The notes: generated by a model not told the origin, from the sequence alone. DNA of 64,000 nucleotides from Bacillota bacterium (GCA_014896485.1 JADBKH010000005.1:7500-71499); one strand, 5' to 3'. Shown: positions 28,712 through 40,731, counted from the stretch's first letter. Numbers and translations: made by a program.

Positions 28712-31219
28712 TCATCCGTTGCCTCGGGCACGTCTTGCCTCCTCTTCTTCCGTATTTGCCGTGACTTGACCGCCTGCCACTGCTGGTTGTCGTAGGGCAA
28801 CGATCAACGCCAGACCATCTTCACGCAGCTTTCGCACGTCTGCCTTTGAGGGACGCGGCCCAAAGCGCAGGCGCTCGTAGCTTTCGACAAACGCATCGGC
28901 AGCTCCAGCTGCTTGGGGAAATGCCCGGATAAGCGATTGCGCCCAAGCGACAGGAAGCCGTGTTGGGTCAACCGCACCAAACAGACGGCAGATGATTACC
29001 ATCCGCCGCATCGCACGATCGGCAGTCCGGCGGACCTCGGAAAGCCCCTCATCGCGCCAACAGACGCTCCCCCAAAGCAGGGGTGGCAGCCAATGACGTC
29101 GCAACAAGAGCGCAGCAATCAGTGCCACGACAAACAAACTACCACCGGTGGCGATCGGCCAAAAGGGCAACTGCTCGGTGTCTCGGCCCTCTTTCGTGCT
29201 TGCTGCCGCAAGCGATTCTGCCTGCTGCGGAATTGTTGGTGCCGGCTTCATCGTCCGTGGATGCTCTTCCTGAGTTGCAGGAGGATGTTGCATCGAGCGG
29301 TTGTTCACCGGCAGCGCAGCTTCTCCCCAGGGGGTTGCAGAAGAAAACCCCGGCGTCGGATCAAACGCAACCCACCCCACTTGTGGGAGAAAAACCTCCA
29401 CCCAAGAATGTGCATCCCTTGCCCGAACCTCGTACTGATGTGTTCCTACCTGCGTCCCTGGAGCGAAGCCTTTCACCCACCGTGCGGGAATACCTTCCGC
29501 ACGCAAGAGCACCACCATTGCCGATGAAAAGTAATCGCAGTAACCGGTGTGGGTATCAAAAAGGAACTGATCGACGAAATCTCGTCTCGGATCGATAGCT
29601 GGAGGATGCAATGTGTATTGAAAATGCTGGGAGTCGTTGAGATACTGCTGGATCGCCAGCGCTTTGTCGTAGAGGCTCAAGGATTCTCCTGGTGCCTGCT
29701 TGGTCGCATCAGCAATGATCTGGTCCGCCAATTGATAGACCCGTTGTGGAAGCTCGCTTGGAAGCTGGAGATAGGGAGCCCAAGCGTTCCATAAGGTAGG
29801 ATCTTGCAAGGCAGGCGCGGCTTTCAAGAGTTGCTCGGACGGCGCCTGCAAACTTTCCTGAACCGAAGCCGGAGCATCCGCTTGGGACTGCGTCACGATC
29901 TGCGGCAAACCGTTCTGATCGGCAAGTACGGAACCGGTGTCCAGGCCGTGTGCCTGACGGATGTTTTCCGGATCGTCCCAAGCAAACGGCCCCCGGCTGC
30001 TGTTGCGTAGCTGCTGGGGAGTATAGTCCGGCGGTTGCCAAACCACTCCGTACTGACTCCCTGCCTGCACCGATCGATTGGGCAGTCGCACCGCGCCACT
30101 CTCCGGATCCAACTCCATCCCAAGGTCGTCTGCCCGGGCTTGGCCATCGACCCACTCCGTGCCAAAAAGGCGCGGGAAAGATCGCGTTGGCCAGGGGAGC
30201 ATCAACTCCGGCAATGTGGCGGAAAGACGCACGTAGGCCGATGACCCGAGCGCATGTCCCGAAGCACCTGCGGTGTCCAACGCAGAACTTGGCACCTTGG
30301 CAACCAACTCGGCCTCATTGCCTATCCAGCCGTGACCCGTATAGAAATCCTTGGACTCCCCCCGCCACAGCGTAGGCTGTTGTGCAGTCACCGTCATCAC
30401 CAAGGCATCGCTTTCCGACAGTCCCCCTCCCAGCTTGCTGTCATCCTTTGAATAGCCAATCGTCTTGGCCCCCAAACCCGCCTGACCGAACACGTGTCCG
30501 TGCAGTGGATCTGGCCAAGCGGGATTGGCGCTCGGTGCAGCCCAGCCTATACCAACAATACAGAGCGACGCTACCAAGGCAGGAAGCAAAAAGCGAGAGA
30601 GAAAGCCACGCCATACCGAAGTGGCCGCTGCTACTCGTTCATACTGAGCCAAGGCGAGCAAAACCACACCGACGCCTGTAAAAACGACAAACGGCCATTC
30701 CAGCCGATGACCCCCAAAAGCATCCATCATCCCCAAAACGACCAACCCGGCTGCAAAGAGCGGCAGAACGCGTTGCCGACGAACAGCGATCTCCGCAAAC
30801 AGCATGGCGCACAACCCAACCAGCAACCAGGAGAGTTCCGGGTAAAAGAGAATGACGAATGTAGAAAGGATCATCTCTGGATTGTCGTGGATCGAGAGTT
30901 GCTGCAACCCCAATGCGATGTTTTCGAAGCGCTGCTGCCAATATGTTTCTAGGTTTGCGTAAAAAGGCAACTCCCCCGGTGCACCGCTTCCCTCTACTCC
31001 CAGTATCAGATCGGAGAAGGCCCAGACCAACAATCCTGCTGGCAAACGCAGGTACCAAGATCGAAGCAGTACCTGAATCGCCACTTGCAACAAGATCGCG
31101 AAAAAAAGCAAGAGATTGGACGGAAGGGCAAGCGTCTGTGCAAAGGGCTGAAAGAGGGCAAACAACCAGACAGCAAGCAGTGGAAGGTAGAGCGCTTTCA
31201 CCCAGGTACGGTTAGGCAT
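28712..31219 (-). CDS. Transglutaminase-like domain membrane protein (YebA-like, 835 aa)
   Basis: N-terminal multi-TM region; C-terminal transglutaminase-like core with Cys (GYCDYFSSAMVVLLRAEGIPARWVKGF), His (HSWVEVF) and Asp (AFDPTPG). Confidence 0.8.
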   Translation of the reverse strand: MPNRTWVKALYLPLLAVWLFALFQPFAQTLALPSNLLLFFAILLQVAIQVLLRSWYLRLPAGLLVWAFSDLILGVEGSGAPGELPFYANLETYWQQRFENIALGLQQLSIHDNPEMILSTFVILFYPELSWLLVGLCAMLFAEIAVRRQRVLPLFAAGLVVLGMMDAFGGHRLEWPFVVFTGVGVVLLALAQYERVAAATSVWRGFLSRFLLPALVASLCIVGIGWAAPSANPAWPDPLHGHVFGQAGLGAKTIGYSKDDSKLGGGLSESDALVMTVTAQQPTLWRGESKDFYTGHGWIGNEAELVAKVPSSALDTAGASGHALGSSAYVRLSATLPELMLPWPTRSFPRLFGTEWVDGQARADDLGMELDPESGAVRLPNRSVQAGSQYGVVWQPPDYTPQQLRNSSRGPFAWDDPENIRQAHGLDTGSVLADQNGLPQIVTQSQADAPASVQESLQAPSEQLLKAAPALQDPTLWNAWAPYLQLPSELPQRVYQLADQIIADATKQAPGESLSLYDKALAIQQYLNDSQHFQYTLHPPAIDPRRDFVDQFLFDTHTGYCDYFSSAMVVLLRAEGIPARWVKGFAPGTQVGTHQYEVRARDAHSWVEVFLPQVGWVAFDPTPGFSSATPWGEAALPVNNRSMQHPPATQEEHPRTMKPAPTIPQQAESLAAASTKEGRDTEQLPFWPIATGGSLFVVALIAALLLRRHWLPPLLWGSVCWRDEGLSEVRRTADRAMRRMVIICRLFGAVDPTRLPVAWAQSLIRAFPQAAGAADAFVESYERLRFGPRPSKADVRKLREDGLALIVALRQPAVAGGQVTANTEEEEARRARGNG

Positions 31220-32423
31220 GGGTACCCTTCCCCCGCCCCATCGCCGTTGACAACGTCACCACGTTGGCTCCTGAAAATTCCAACGGCACCCTATGATTTC
31301 CCCCGTCTGTATCGAAAAGGTGGAGCATCACACGAATCCGTCGCGCCAGTAAAGGCATCAGAAAGCGGGAGAGATAGATCTCGCCGACCCGGCTCGAAAC
31401 CACGACCACCCGATCTTGTGCGGTGAGAATGGGTGCAAAGGCCGCGATCTCCTCGCCGGCTCCCCGTGACGCATTCGGTTGGATGGCAGCCAACCGATCC
31501 AGCAACGGGTCAACGCGCCCCCGAGGTGCTCCCATCGGGTGTGCCTGACCATCGATCACCAAAAAGCCTTGTCCGCCGAGCTGTTCCCACTGCCACAGCA
31601 GAGAAGCGCCCCAAGAGACAACTTGTTCGAAAAGCGCTTGCGGCATCCCCTGGTAACGATCCTGTTTGCGATCGATTACCAGCCAGAGTCGTTCGTCTGA
31701 TCCGTGTTCGAACTCCTTGCTTTGTGGTGTTCCGGCTTTTGCAGTCAGCTTCCAGTGAATGCGGTTGATCCGATCACCTGGCTGATAAGGGCGCACACTA
31801 GACAGACGTGAGACATCCTCTTGGTAGCGTCCTCCGGGACGCGAGCCAAAAGAGAACTGAGATGAAAGTGGGTCCTCGGGAATAGGAATCAGACGTGGGT
31901 AGACAATCAATTGTCCAGGTGCCCGAAAGCGGCGTTGCAGCGTGATGAGCCCAAAAAGATCACCAGAGCGAAGCACAAGGTGGGAAAAAACGTAAACGCC
32001 GCGCGGTACGTTTTCCAATGTTGTTTCCCAGATTGCTCCCTGGGGCCCCATCACTGCCCACTGCTGGCGGCGTACATGCTGCTTTAGCCCCTGTGGCCAT
32101 TGTTCTGCAACCTGCCAACCAAAATGTGGCCAACCCCGCCGGGCTTGGATGTGGACGGATAGATGCACCGGCTCATTGGCGAAATATCGTGGGGCATCAA
32201 AGCTACGTGAAACTCGAATGCCAAAGAGACCCACCACGGCAGCACCCACCGAGAATGCCAACAACGCAGAGGTTGCGTATAAGACGAAATACGGTCCAAA
32301 TCCACCTTGCACGCGGGCATAAACAAACGCCACTCCAAGGAGAGCCACACACAGGAACAGTGCACGTACGACAAGCCACATCGAGCTTTGGCGCACTTGC
32401 CGCAGCCGATCGCCTCGTTTCAC
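31212..32423 (-). CDS. DUF58-family protein (YeaD-like)
   Basis: TM anchor plus DUF58-like core (…YQPGDRINRIHWK…); conserved partner of MoxR ATPases. GTG start overlaps the moxR TGA (GTGA). Confidence 0.7.
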   Translation of the reverse strand: MKRGDRLRQVRQSSMWLVVRALFLCVALLGVAFVYARVQGGFGPYFVLYATSALLAFSVGAAVVGLFGIRVSRSFDAPRYFANEPVHLSVHIQARRGWPHFGWQVAEQWPQGLKQHVRRQQWAVMGPQGAIWETTLENVPRGVYVFSHLVLRSGDLFGLITLQRRFRAPGQLIVYPRLIPIPEDPLSSQFSFGSRPGGRYQEDVSRLSSVRPYQPGDRINRIHWKLTAKAGTPQSKEFEHGSDERLWLVIDRKQDRYQGMPQALFEQVVSWGASLLWQWEQLGGQGFLVIDGQAHPMGAPRGRVDPLLDRLAAIQPNASRGAGEEIAAFAPILTAQDRVVVVSSRVGEIYLSRFLMPLLARRIRVMLHLFDTDGGNHRVPLEFSGANVVTLSTAMGRGKGTHA

Positions 32424-33388
32424 CGCGCTCCCCTCCGCATCGCGGAGGGCCACTTGGCAACCAGTTCTTCGACAAGCGATTCCGCTTTGACACCGTCCAT
32501 GCGGGCTTGGGGGGTCAGTACCAAACGATGGGCCAGAATAGGTACCGCCAACGGCTGAAGATCCTCCGGGGTCACATAGCTGCGCCCTGCAAGATAGGCG
32601 CTCGCCTGTGCCAAACGCATCCATCCCAGCGACGCGCGCGGGCTTGCTCCCAATGCCACCACAGAGAGCTCCCGCGTCGATTGGACAAAGGCGACAATGG
32701 CTCGCTGGAGGCTCTCTTCCACATAAACTTGCTGCACCTCACTGCGCGCACTGCGCAAATGTTGCGCCGTTGCAACAGGCTGCAGCGCCTCTGGAGAAAC
32801 GCGATCCTGCCACTCGCGCAAAAGTCGGATCTCTTCTTCGCGGGAAAGATACCCCAGATGGACTTTGATCAGGAAACGGTCGAGCTGGGCTTCAGGCAGC
32901 GGAAAAGTTCCCTCGTATTCGATCGGGTTCTGCGTCGCCATGACCAAAAACGGATCAGGCAACGGATGGCGCTCGCCGTCGACCGTGACCGCACGCTCTT
33001 CCATTGCTTCGAGTAAGGCAGCCTGCGTCTTGGGTGAAGTGCGATTGATCTCATCGGCAAGGACAATATTGGCCATGATCGGTCCCGGGCGAAAGAGGAA
33101 CCGACCACTCTCTTGGTCATAAACAGAAACACCGGTCACATCGGTGGGCAACAGATCCGGGGTAAACTGAATGCGCTTGAACGTACAACCAAAGCTTTGT
33201 GCAATTGCACGGACCAAGGTGGTCTTGCCAACACCCGGAACGTCTTCGATAAGCACGTGACCGTCGGCCAGCATCGCGGCAAAGAGCAACTGTACCACGC
33301 GATCTTTTCCCAAAATGACGCGCAGCACGTTCTCATATGCTTGCTGCACATGCTCCCTCGCCTCGGACGTATGTTCCACATCGATCAC
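32420..33388 (-). CDS. MoxR-family AAA+ ATPase (YeaC-like)
   Basis: Walker A DVPGVGKTT, Walker B VLADEINR, sensor ATQNPIEYEGTFPLPEAQLDRF. GTG start after SD AGGAGGCGG. Confidence 0.85.
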   Translation of the reverse strand: MIDVEHTSEAREHVQQAYENVLRVILGKDRVVQLLFAAMLADGHVLIEDVPGVGKTTLVRAIAQSFGCTFKRIQFTPDLLPTDVTGVSVYDQESGRFLFRPGPIMANIVLADEINRTSPKTQAALLEAMEERAVTVDGERHPLPDPFLVMATQNPIEYEGTFPLPEAQLDRFLIKVHLGYLSREEEIRLLREWQDRVSPEALQPVATAQHLRSARSEVQQVYVEESLQRAIVAFVQSTRELSVVALGASPRASLGWMRLAQASAYLAGRSYVTPEDLQPLAVPILAHRLVLTPQARMDGVKAESLVEELVAKWPSAMRRGAR

Positions 33389-33537
33389 ACTGCCCCGCCT
33401 CCTTGCCCGGTTTCTCCGTGCCATAAAACGCTTGCGCAGACCACTTGCTCTCATCGGTAGCACCGGTGCTGGCTTCAGTCTGCTCGCTTTTCTGCTCGTC
33501 CAACCCAGGCAAGTGCGAAAAATCACTGCCTTCTATC

Positions 33538-33572
33538 TTAACACGAAAGGGGCACCCAACGGGTGCCCCTCC
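33538..33572 (-). terminator. Rho-independent terminator of groESL
   Basis: Minus-strand hairpin AGGGGCACCC-GTTG-GGTGCCCCT then TTCGTGTT, 18 nt after the groEL stop. Confidence 0.6.
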
Positions 33573-33588
33573 TTAAGCTGGACGCCGA

Positions 33589-35531
<1,943 letters not shown>

Positions 35532-35587
35532 GCCTCGTTCCTCCTTTACCGTTCCAATGGCCGCACTCCCCGACTGTTTGAAGGCGG

Positions 35588-35614
35588 CTGGCACTCACTT
35601 GAGTTGAGTGCTAA
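35588..35614 (-). promoter_or_regulatory. CIRCE operator (HrcA binding site)
   Basis: Minus strand TTAGCACTC-AACTCAAGT-GAGTGCCAG, a near-perfect match to TTAGCACTC-N9-GAGTGCTAA, between the promoter and groES. Confidence 0.85.
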
Positions 35615-35627
35615 CACCCCACGGCCA

Positions 35628-35656
35628 TTATAGCCGTCACAGGCGCAATTGCAAAC
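35628..35656 (-). promoter_or_regulatory. SigmaA promoter of groESL (TTGCAA -16- TATAAT)
   Basis: Perfect -10 TATAAT, with TTGCAA -35 immediately upstream of CIRCE. Confidence 0.6.
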
Positions 35657-35659
35657 CGG

Positions 35660-35947
35660 TCACCCTTCTTGCGGAATTTGCAGCCGCGTATGCTGCTCGA
35701 GAAAACGCCACGTCGCTTCATCGCACACACCGAGCTCTTTTGCAGGAATGTTTTTCGTCATTTGGAGATCCCGCACCGCGACATTACAGATGTAATCAAA
35801 TTCATCGTTCGGCATCTGATTTGCCTCACCGGCGACGGTATTGTGCCAGTAGAAGCCCAGATCGACCAATGCCAGTTTGAGTGTCCGCACCCAAGGTCCC
35901 CGATCGCCCATTCGCAACGTTGGAAAATGCACAGCTGCCTCTGCCAT
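35660..35947 (-). CDS. Small peptidoglycan-binding-domain (PG_binding_1-like) protein
   Basis: 95 aa; LRMGDRGPWVRTLKLALVDLGFY resembles the PG-binding helical repeat. Confidence 0.45.
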   Translation of the reverse strand: MAEAAVHFPTLRMGDRGPWVRTLKLALVDLGFYWHNTVAGEANQMPNDEFDYICNVAVRDLQMTKNIPAKELGVCDEATWRFLEQHTRLQIPQEG

Positions 35948-36051
35948 TGTGCCAACCCCCCAGATCGGTGAGATCCTTACTGCATCGTTTGCGTGCTTGA
36001 TGGCACGCCTGGAAGTATAGCACCATCACAGCAGAAACAGCCATGTGAAAG

Positions 36052-36070
36052 GCGGGAAAAGGTTTTCCGC
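36052..36070 (-). terminator. Possible weak terminator hairpin after the 743-aa gene
   Basis: GCGGAAAACC/TTTTCCCGC hairpin 10 nt after the stop, but a poor U-tract (CTTTCAC). Confidence 0.25.
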
Positions 36071-36080
36071 ACAGGTTGTA

Positions 36081-38312
36081 TCAGGCGGCTTCGCTCAGGA
36101 AAAGGCGCACCCATTCTCCAGCAGCCAGCGTCACCGTAAGCGGCTCGCCAGGTGACAGCTGCGTTGCAACACGATCATTTCCTTGACCACTCACCACGAC
36201 AGTCAGCGGGGCGTGCGAACCCCGCTGGAAGTGCAGCTGGGTAGTCCGAGCAGTTTCCAACGGGTTCCACAGCAAGAATCGGTAACCTGGCCCATCGACG
36301 CCCGCATGGGGATCGAGCAGATCAAGACAGAGCAGCATACATTCCTCATCTTCACTCTGTGCATACTGTTCAAACAACAAGGCCAACCAGAACACTTCGC
36401 CAGCCCCGTAGACCTCCTTGCCGATCTCCCCTGTCTGTCCCTCAAACTCCAGCATTGCCAAATTCTCATAAGGAATATAACGGGCACGCGTGTCATCAAA
36501 TTTGAAAAAGTAGAGATCGTTTTTACGCTGCAAGTTCAAAACACGCAGCATCAGAGGAGGAACGATGCCAGCGTCGATGAGGTGTATCCAGGGCAAGATC
36601 GCTTCGACGGATTCTTTGAGAGCCGGATAGAGCACAGAGGCGCAGGCCTGAAACATGCCCTGTACATTGACACCATGCGAACGGCGACTGGGATCACGAT
36701 ACCAATAGGCCATGCGCATTTGGGTGTCAAAAATCTGTTTCGCCCACTGGAGAGTCATCGGATCTCCTACAATCGCTGTCAACCAGGCCGCTGCAGCAGC
36801 GCCGAATGCCAATTCCTGGGGTTCATGATGCACCAAGTCAATCGGCAAATTGCACAAGACTTCCAGCGCCGTGTAGGCTTCCCGCAGATAGCGCTCTTGC
36901 TGGGTCAATTGGTAAGCAAGCAAGGCAGCGTACGCATACAGACCGTTATTGGCAAAATTGTAGCCATAGAGCGGCTCCTGTTGAGTCGCTTCATAAAACA
37001 TTGGAAAGAGATAATGGACTTTTTCAGCCAGAACGGTTGCGCGATCAAATGCGAGCAAGAAATCATTGACGAGCGTCGCATCGTTGGAGAGCAGAGCGAT
37101 CCATCCCCATTTGACCAAACCATTCTCGAAAAAGTACCAGCTGTCCACCGTTTCCGGTCCATCGGGTAGCGGAAAATCGTTGCTGATGAAGCGTTCCGAA
37201 GGGCGGAAAAAAGCATGGAGCTGTTTTTGCAGGACAGCGATGCGTTCTTGCAACGCCTGTGAACCAAAATCCCGTTGCCACAACAACCAAGGCCAGAGCA
37301 GATCGGTCTGGGTGACCAATTCCAAATGGGCTTCGGTTTCAAACCATTGAGAGCTCTTCGGGACATACGCGAGATACCCAGCCCCTTCTCCAACGGAAGT
37401 AAAGGCCAAGTTCTCATCGATCAATTCCTGTTTGGCCCCCTCTGCCACCTGATGCCAAGAGATCTCCGGTACGGGCCACGGCGTCGTGGTTGGCAGAAAC
37501 GGGACCAAGGCCTCTATCAAGGTCGAAATCGCTTGGGCAGCTGCTGGCGTCTGCTGCTGCTCATCGCAGCGGAGATACCACTGAAAACGCTGCTTCCCCT
37601 TCGGGAAGTCGCTGCCGAGATAGTCGTTTGCCCACAGGCCAATGCCATAACGATCTTGACCAGCAAAGACCATTCGCGCCGCACATTCATAACTGAGGAA
37701 GCGTGCCATGTTGCGATGGGTAAACCAGCGCATCTCTTCCATATCGAAGTAGAGGATCCAAACCGTCTTATGCATGGGATCATAGTAATAGAGCCCAGGC
37801 AAATCATTGCCCCGTACACCCTGTGCCGAAGGCGTCGGGTTGGCGATCTGCCATTGGTGCCATTCTAGGTATTGGCGATCTTGAAAACCGTGCAAATCGC
37901 CCAGCCAAACGACAATCTGGGGTTCAATCTCTCCTTGATGCTGCAGGGACAACGGCGCATTTAAATCTACCTGCACCGAAAAGCGGAACCACCCTTCGCT
38001 GGGTGAAAGGGTCACATTCCCCTCGAAAGGATAGGGAAGCGGTGCTCCCTGACGATCGGTCGCAAGGCCTTGTCCAGAAAAGAAAAGGGTATCCCCTTGT
38101 AGTGTCACTTGTGTTGGAACAAGATCAAAAGAAGGTCCGCTGATCAATCGATTCGGAAGGGAGATGACCTGCCACTCTCCGGCTTGACGGCGTTCAAAAT
38201 GATAGAGATAACCGCCTTCTTCTTGAAGCACGAAGCAGAGACGGGTGTCGCCGTTCTCTAATGCGACAAATCGCTCCGACAAGCGTTTGGGTTCGTCGGG
38301 CTGTGAGTACAT
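36081..38312 (-). CDS. Large hypothetical protein (743 aa); N-terminal beta-rich region and C-terminal helical, (alpha/alpha)-toroid-like, Trp/Tyr-rich region; possibly a glycoside-hydrolase or polysaccharide-lyase-like enzyme
   Basis: Long uninterrupted ORF with coherent coding composition. No motif I can assign confidently. Divergently paired with two Gfo/Idh/MocA genes. Confidence 0.6.
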   Translation of the reverse strand: MYSQPDEPKRLSERFVALENGDTRLCFVLQEEGGYLYHFERRQAGEWQVISLPNRLISGPSFDLVPTQVTLQGDTLFFSGQGLATDRQGAPLPYPFEGNVTLSPSEGWFRFSVQVDLNAPLSLQHQGEIEPQIVVWLGDLHGFQDRQYLEWHQWQIANPTPSAQGVRGNDLPGLYYYDPMHKTVWILYFDMEEMRWFTHRNMARFLSYECAARMVFAGQDRYGIGLWANDYLGSDFPKGKQRFQWYLRCDEQQQTPAAAQAISTLIEALVPFLPTTTPWPVPEISWHQVAEGAKQELIDENLAFTSVGEGAGYLAYVPKSSQWFETEAHLELVTQTDLLWPWLLWQRDFGSQALQERIAVLQKQLHAFFRPSERFISNDFPLPDGPETVDSWYFFENGLVKWGWIALLSNDATLVNDFLLAFDRATVLAEKVHYLFPMFYEATQQEPLYGYNFANNGLYAYAALLAYQLTQQERYLREAYTALEVLCNLPIDLVHHEPQELAFGAAAAAWLTAIVGDPMTLQWAKQIFDTQMRMAYWYRDPSRRSHGVNVQGMFQACASVLYPALKESVEAILPWIHLIDAGIVPPLMLRVLNLQRKNDLYFFKFDDTRARYIPYENLAMLEFEGQTGEIGKEVYGAGEVFWLALLFEQYAQSEDEECMLLCLDLLDPHAGVDGPGYRFLLWNPLETARTTQLHFQRGSHAPLTVVVSGQGNDRVATQLSPGEPLTVTLAAGEWVRLFLSEAA

Positions 38313-38423
38313 GGGTTCTCCCCCTTGTTCTCCATCTTGTCCTGTATCATACTGTTAAAAGCTTTGCGATTCAAACGAAAAGAGCGACGAAGAACAGGCC
38401 ATCGCTGAAGGGGGGAATAGCAG

Positions 38424-39560
38424 GTGAGCTCCAAGCATTTTTCTGTAGGGATTGCTGGCGCCGGCGCTTTTGCAACTTTTCTCGCCGAAGCGCTCGCCCC
38501 ACTTCCCGCTTTTTCACTTTCCGCTGTCGCCGGACATACACCTTCCAAGCGCGACGCTGTCTTGGCTGCCTATCGCAAGGCACGCCCTCAAGCGGCTACC
38601 CCACGTCAATACGATACGGCAGAAGCACTGATCGGTGATCCACACGTTGAGATCGTCCTCATCGTGACGCCACCGGCTACCCATGCCGAATTCACGGCGG
38701 CTACCCTGCAGGCCGGCAAGCACGCTTTCGTGGAAAAACCCGGTGCCTTGTCGGCTGCGCAATTGGAACAAAACCGGCAGCTTGCCGCATCGACGGGGCG
38801 TGCGCTGGCCGTCGATTTGGTCATGCGCCATCATCCTTTGACGGAAGCGGTACAGCAGCTGTTGTCACGGTGTTTGGTCGGTGAAGTCGAACATGTAACG
38901 TTGGTCAATGCCGTTCACCACGTCAAAAGCGGCCATTGGTTTTGGGATAAACGGCAGAGCGGTGGCATTTTCACAGAACATGGGGTCCATTTCTTCGAAG
39001 TGGCGCGACATTGGTTCGGAGAAGCAGAAACAGCAAGCGGCAGCGCACAAATAGATGGACAACAGGAGGAATCACGGGTCTGGGCAACTGCTTGTCATCA
39101 GGCAGCAGGTGTGCCGCCGGTACCCGTTCAGTACTACCATGGGTTCACACGGGCGCAAGAGGTACCAGAGCAGACAGAATGGCGCATCGAAACCAGCCTT
39201 GGAAGGATAACGCTCACCGGATGGATTCCAGAAAAATTAGAGATTGAAGCGGCATTGACGCCCGCACAGATCGAAGCGGTAGATACCCTTTTGCAGGCGA
39301 TTCCCCAGCAGCCGAGTCCCTTTTTGCAAGCTGCTGTCCAAGAGGTTGGCAGCAGCTTGCAAAAAGTGGACGATGCTGGTTCACCCCGCTGGATTCAGCG
39401 CACAACAATTTGTGCCGATCGCCAAGGCTGGTATAACGCAATGGTTCAGGCACGCTTTCTCGATCTCTGTCGTGCCATCGATGATCCCGGCTATGAGGGT
39501 TTGATCACACTGCAGGACGCTGTCGCTGACTTGGCTTTGGCCGAACGCTGCCGTGTTTGA
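38424..39560 (+). CDS. Gfo/Idh/MocA-family NAD(P)-dependent oxidoreductase
   Basis: N-terminal Rossmann VGIAGAGAFA, consensus EKP motif (AFVEKP), C-terminal alpha/beta domain. Confidence 0.8.
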   Translation: MSSKHFSVGIAGAGAFATFLAEALAPLPAFSLSAVAGHTPSKRDAVLAAYRKARPQAATPRQYDTAEALIGDPHVEIVLIVTPPATHAEFTAATLQAGKHAFVEKPGALSAAQLEQNRQLAASTGRALAVDLVMRHHPLTEAVQQLLSRCLVGEVEHVTLVNAVHHVKSGHWFWDKRQSGGIFTEHGVHFFEVARHWFGEAETASGSAQIDGQQEESRVWATACHQAAGVPPVPVQYYHGFTRAQEVPEQTEWRIETSLGRITLTGWIPEKLEIEAALTPAQIEAVDTLLQAIPQQPSPFLQAAVQEVGSSLQKVDDAGSPRWIQRTTICADRQGWYNAMVQARFLDLCRAIDDPGYEGLITLQDAVADLALAERCRV

Positions 39561-39587
39561 CAAAAAGCAGGGTCCACAGGAGAGGAG

Positions 39588-40727
39588 ATGTCTCCCATCC
39601 CGGAGTACAACGTACCTGGTCCGTCTCGGTCCCCTATCCGAGTGGCACTGGTTGGATTGGGTCGTATTGCGGTCAGTCATGCAGCTGCGCTGCAAGCAAG
39701 CGGCGCTGCACAGCTGGCGCTTGTCGTCGACCACCGCCTCCAACGGTGTCAGCATTTCAGCGAACGCTACAATGTACCGTATCTGGACGATTTCGAAGCC
39801 ACGCTATCGCGTGCCGATATCGATGCCATTGAGATTTGCACCCCGCACGTCACACACCCGGCCTTTGCCATTGCTGCCGCTTGCCATGGCAAGCACGTCC
39901 TTACAGAAAAGCCCCTGGCCACGCGAATCGAAGCCGCGGATGCGGTCATTGCTGCAGCACAGCTGCATCACATACAGGTTGGTGTCGTCTACCAGATGCG
40001 TTTTACGCCAGCTGCCCAGCAGCTGAAAAAATGGATCGAGGAAGGGGCCATTGGCAAACCCCTCGGTGCACGGGGTGTGTTGACGTGGCACCGTCCCACC
40101 CACTATTATGCCGGTTCCACCTGGAAGGGACGGTGGGCTACCGAAGGCGGCGGTGTCCTGATCAATCAAGCGATTCATCTGATCGATTTGATGTTGTGGT
40201 ACTTGGGTGAAGTTACCCAGGTACGTGCTTACTACGCCAATGTCGCTCATCCAGAAGTCGAAGTGGAAGATACCGCGCAGCTGCACCTCCGTTTTTCAGA
40301 GGGTTCGACAGGAATCATCTATGCTTCGACAGCGTATGTGGCGGACGCCCCGCTTTTCTTGGAGATTATCGGAGAACAGGGCACCTGCCGACTTATCGGT
40401 GAAAGCGCCCTTTTAGAGAAGAAGGGTAGCACCACCCGCGTTGAAGGCACAGCAGCTTCTACCGGCGGTCCCTCCTACTGGGGTTCCGGCCATGATGCTT
40501 TGATCGACGCCTTCTATCACAACGTGCAAGAGGAACGTCCTTTTTTGGTGGATGCCCAGGAAGGGCGCAAATCGTTGGCCGTCGTACTGGCAGCTTACGA
40601 CTCCGCACGGCTGAACGAGCCCGTCTCTTTTCCCTACAGCCATACTTTGACCGAAATCGATCCGAAAAATATGCCACACCCGGCTTTGGTCATCGAAGAG
40701 GAGGAAGCAGCACTGCGGAAGAACTGA
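39588..40727 (+). CDS. Gfo/Idh/MocA-family NAD(P)-dependent oxidoreductase
   Basis: VALVGLGRIAVSHAAAL Rossmann, VLTEKPLA motif. Confidence 0.8.
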   Translation: MSPIPEYNVPGPSRSPIRVALVGLGRIAVSHAAALQASGAAQLALVVDHRLQRCQHFSERYNVPYLDDFEATLSRADIDAIEICTPHVTHPAFAIAAACHGKHVLTEKPLATRIEAADAVIAAAQLHHIQVGVVYQMRFTPAAQQLKKWIEEGAIGKPLGARGVLTWHRPTHYYAGSTWKGRWATEGGGVLINQAIHLIDLMLWYLGEVTQVRAYYANVAHPEVEVEDTAQLHLRFSEGSTGIIYASTAYVADAPLFLEIIGEQGTCRLIGESALLEKKGSTTRVEGTAASTGGPSYWGSGHDALIDAFYHNVQEERPFLVDAQEGRKSLAVVLAAYDSARLNEPVSFPYSHTLTEIDPKNMPHPALVIEEEEAALRKN

Positions 40728-40731
40728 ACAC

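Noticed and set aside
36183-37169. 328-aa plus-strand ORF opposite the 743-aa gene
   Set aside because: Antisense; the minus-strand ORF is uninterrupted for 2.2 kb, with coding-like composition.
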